Below, one piece after another: positions 53,842 through 64,000 of a DNA stretch of 64,000 bases. This DNA is from Eledone cirrhosa (Eukaryota). Made by a program: the position numbers and the translations under genes. Numbering within the stretch: position 1 is the stretch's first letter; every line of letters begins with the position of its first letter. The DNA lies in assembly GCA_964016885.1 (NCBI GenBank), contig OZ024740.1, forward strand, positions 201,810,001 to 201,874,000, given 5' to 3'. The notes below the pieces were generated by a model. That model searched no databases and was not told where the DNA came from. It saw only the letters and a program-made list of their open reading frames with translations.

Positions 53842-53999
53842 ATATATTATATATATTATATATATATATATTATATATATATATATTATATATATATTAT
53901 ATATATATATATTATATATATATATATTATATATATATTATATATATATTATATATATATTATATATATATTATATATATATATATATTATATATATAT

Positions 54000-54042
<43 letters not shown>

Positions 54043-54318
54043 ATGTATATATTATATATATATATATTATATATATATTATGTATATATTATATATATAT
54101 ATATATTATATATATATTATGTATATATTATATATATATATATATTATATATATATTATGTATATATATATTATATATATATATATTATATATATATATA
54201 TTATATATATATTATATATATATATATTATATATATATATATTATATATATATTATATATATATATTATATATATATATATATTATATATATATTATATA
54301 TATATATTATATATATAT

Positions 54319-54350
<32 letters not shown>

Positions 54351-54356
54351 ATATAT

Positions 54357-54390
<34 letters not shown>

Positions 54391-55025
54391 ATTATATATA
54401 TATATATAATATATATGATATATATAAAATATATATTTATATATATATATAAATATATAATATATATAATATATATATATAATATATATAAATAATATAT
54501 ATAAATAATATATATATGTATATATAAATAATATATATAATATATATATATAATATATATAATATATATATATAATATATATATATAATATATATATATA
54601 ATATATATATAATATATATATATAATATATATATAATATATATATATATATAATATATATATATAATATATATATATAATATATATATATAATATATATA
54701 ATATATATAAATAATATATATATAATATATATATATATATAATATATATATATAATATATATAAATAATATATATAATATATATAATATATATAATATAT
54801 ATATATATATAATATATATATATAATATATATATATAATATATATATAATATATATATAATATATATATATATAATATATATATAATATATATATATATA
54901 ATATATATATATATAATATATATATAATATATATATATATATAATATATATATATATATAATAATATATGTAATATATATATAATATATATATAATATAT
55001 ATAATATATATATATAATATATATA
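53428..55025. repeat. About 1.6-kb almost pure A/T array, quasi-palindromic
   Basis: (TA)nT units switch to complementary (TA)nA units near 54410. Confidence 0.92.
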
Positions 55026-55179
55026 TCATCCCTATCATCTCATTTCTACAGCTGAGTAAACTGGAGCAATGTGAAATAAAGTGTCTTGCTCAAGGTAACA
55101 ACATCACCCGGTCTGAGAATTGAACTCACAACCTTTCGATTGCAAGGCCAATACTTTAACCACTAAGCCATGTGCCTCC
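55025..55179 (-). mobile_element. 5' half of SINE family B
   Basis: Matches about 43105-43259. Confidence 0.85.
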
Positions 55180-55882
<703 letters not shown>

Positions 55883-58151
55883 TCATCATCATCATCATCA
55901 TCAACGTTTAACGTCCGTGTTCCACGCTTGCATGGGTTTGGACGGGGGTAGTCCCACTTGAGGCAAGAGTGATTGTCTTGCTCGCATAGGACTGTCTGGC
56001 AGGTTTTCTACAGTTGGATGCCCTTCCTAACACCAACCACATTTACAGTGTGGGTCTGGGAGGTTTTTACCGTGTTGCCTACACGGCCACATTACAGCGT
56101 GGACTGTGTGTTTTTTTGTCGTGACACCTACACGATCTCATTTGTTTCGGCCTCGATGGCGCGGCACCAACATAACTTTACATAGAACGGGGTGGTGTGG
56201 ATCGGGTGGGGGTGGGGGTGGTGGGACGGGGTGTATTTTGTTAGAGATGCCTACTGGCTGGAGTAGGTTTTACTATATATTTAGGTAAGGCGGGTCTTCT
56301 CTGTTACTGAGTACCGCCAAAGGTCTCGGTCCAGTGACATTGTCTTGGAGAGGTGTAAGTGTGTGATGTCGGAGTTTATCAGCTCGTCCCAGGTTTTTCT
56401 AGGTCTGCCTATTCCGTGACTACCGTCTATCTTTATTGCCCTGCACTTTGTTATACAGCTATCGACTTTCATGCGCATCACGTGTCCATACCAACGTAGC
56501 CTTCTCTCGAGTAAACAACATCTGATCCCTCTTATCTCTAATTTATTCCTTAGTTCGTTTATGCTTTGCCGTTCACGTATATTACTGTTACACATCCAGC
56601 GGAGCATGCAAGCTTCGTTCCTCTCTAGTCTGCGTATATCCTCTGCACACAATGCCCAGGTCTCACTGCCATGCAGCATTGCTGTTCGTATGCAGGCATC
56701 GTACAACCTGCCTTTCATTTTTAGTGAGAACCCTTTAGCAGCTAATAGTGGTATAAGCTCTCTGAACTTTTTCCAACCAGTTCTGACTCTAGCTACAGTA
56801 CTTTCAGAGCACCCTCCCCCACTGCTGATTTTATCGCCCAGGTAACGGAAGCTGTCCACTATTTCTATAGAACCCTCTGCGCAATTGAAAGAGCTAGTAG
56901 TTTGTGGGCACTTGCTGCTACTTATTGCACCAGAGCACCGGCCACATGTAAAATCTATGTTCTTAGTTAGCTTACCTGTGATCCCACTACATCTTTTATG
57001 CACCCATACTTTGCATTTAGGACATAAAATGGAGTTTCTACCTACGCCTTTCCTACACACCGAGCACGACCATTTCCCAGAAGGGACCGCCGCCTTGTTT
57101 TCTTTCCTACAAACTAGTACTTTGGTCTTAGCCAGGTTAATTTTAAGTCCTTTTGACTCTAGGCCGTGCTTCCATGTTTGGAATTTCTTCTCTAGCTCGG
57201 CCATTGATTCCGCTATGAGTGTCAGGTCGTCTGCGTATGGGAGTTCCCATGGGCAGCCTGTCTTGAACTCCTCTGTTATAGCCTGAAGGGCAATAATAAA
57301 TAGTAGTGGACTGAGAACAGAGCCCTGATGGACGCCGACTTTTACGCTAAACTCTTCACTATATTCGTTGTTAATTCTAACCTTGCTGACTGTTTCTTTA
57401 TACATGGCTTGTATAGCCCTCACAAGACATTCGTCAACGCCTAGTTTTCTAAGAGCCCACCAGATAATGGAGCGGGGGACTCTGTCGAAGGCTTTCTCCA
57501 AGTCGACAAAAGCTAAGTAGAGGGGTTTACCTTTAGCTAGGTAATTCTCTTGTAGTTGTCGTACTATGAAAAGAGCGTCTGTGGTACTTTTGCCTGACAC
57601 AAACCCGAACTGCATTTCATCTAGGTCAATTCTCTCTCTGATTAGTTGCGCTATTACTCTTTCCGTGACCTTCATGACCTGGTCGATTAATTTAATGCCT
57701 CTATAGTTACTCCTATCTAGGGCGTCTCCTTTACCCTTATAACAGTTAACGATGATGCTGCTATGCCAGTCCTTCGGAACAACCCCGTTCTGTACGACTT
57801 GGTTAACTATGCGGGTGACCATGGTGTGTCCCACCGTGCCAGATGCCTTCAGCATCTCAGCAACTATTTCCGAAGGCCCAGCCGCCTTACCAGTCTTCAT
57901 ATCCTTGATTGCCTTACTTATTATACTCCCCTCGACTAACACTGCTGGTCCCTCTATTGGGTCGATATGGGGGAGACTGCCTTTCTCCCAATTATTCTCC
58001 TCATTTAGAAGCCTTTCATAGTGACACTTCCAAGCTACCTTCTTATCAGCGTCGGTGATGGCAAGTGTGCCATCGTCGTTTAGTACACACTTCTCCCCGA
58101 CAATATCACGGTTTTCCTTGACGCATTGCCTAGCAATCCTGAACACCTCAC

Positions 58152-58153
<2 letters not shown>
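55883..58153 (-). mobile_element. 5'-truncated RTE LINE family B (RT, PHD-type finger, about 400-bp 3'UTR)
   Basis: ORF 56281-58153 with YADD; (CAT)n tail; (TA)n on both sides. Confidence 0.95.
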
Positions 58154-58218
<65 letters not shown>

Positions 58219-58242
58219 CATACATATATATATATATACATA

Positions 58243-58300
<58 letters not shown>

Positions 58301-58368
58301 CATATCTGTATATATATATATATATATATATACATATCTGTATATATATATATATATATACATATCTG

Positions 58369-63934
<5,566 letters not shown>

Positions 63935-64000
63935 GTGAGGTTTTTTTTACAAAATGAAAAATAACCGAGGTGTCCTACACGAGTGGAAGTATAAAGAAAA

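Overview
AT-rich eukaryotic DNA that is almost entirely intron-like and repeat-derived. The SINE/LINE content and huge (TA)n arrays suggest an octopod cephalopod (inference). No complete host gene is present, but a few phase-compatible minus-strand exon candidates exist (46987-47054, 34505-34549, possibly 17701-17755 and 8748-8823). Main contents: (1) several young RTE-clade LINEs, including a near-full-length copy (58369-62195). Their APE-RT protein carries a C4HC3 PHD-type finger inserted just after the RT core, and nearly all copies sit inside (TA)n microsatellites. (2) tRNA-derived SINEs sharing a covarying 3' stem-loop and (GAT)n tail with those LINEs, with evidence of tail swapping. (3) A GC-rich Tx1/L1-clade LINE inserted in (GATA)n DNA next to a 2-kb 21-bp minisatellite. 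(4) Expander/REX3-like RTE relics, piggyBac-type and other MITEs, a decayed tRNA-Gly gene, a SINE-derived 48-bp satellite and large AT palindromes. Most long ORFs in the track are translated microsatellites. All comparisons were made by eye, so boundaries are approximate.
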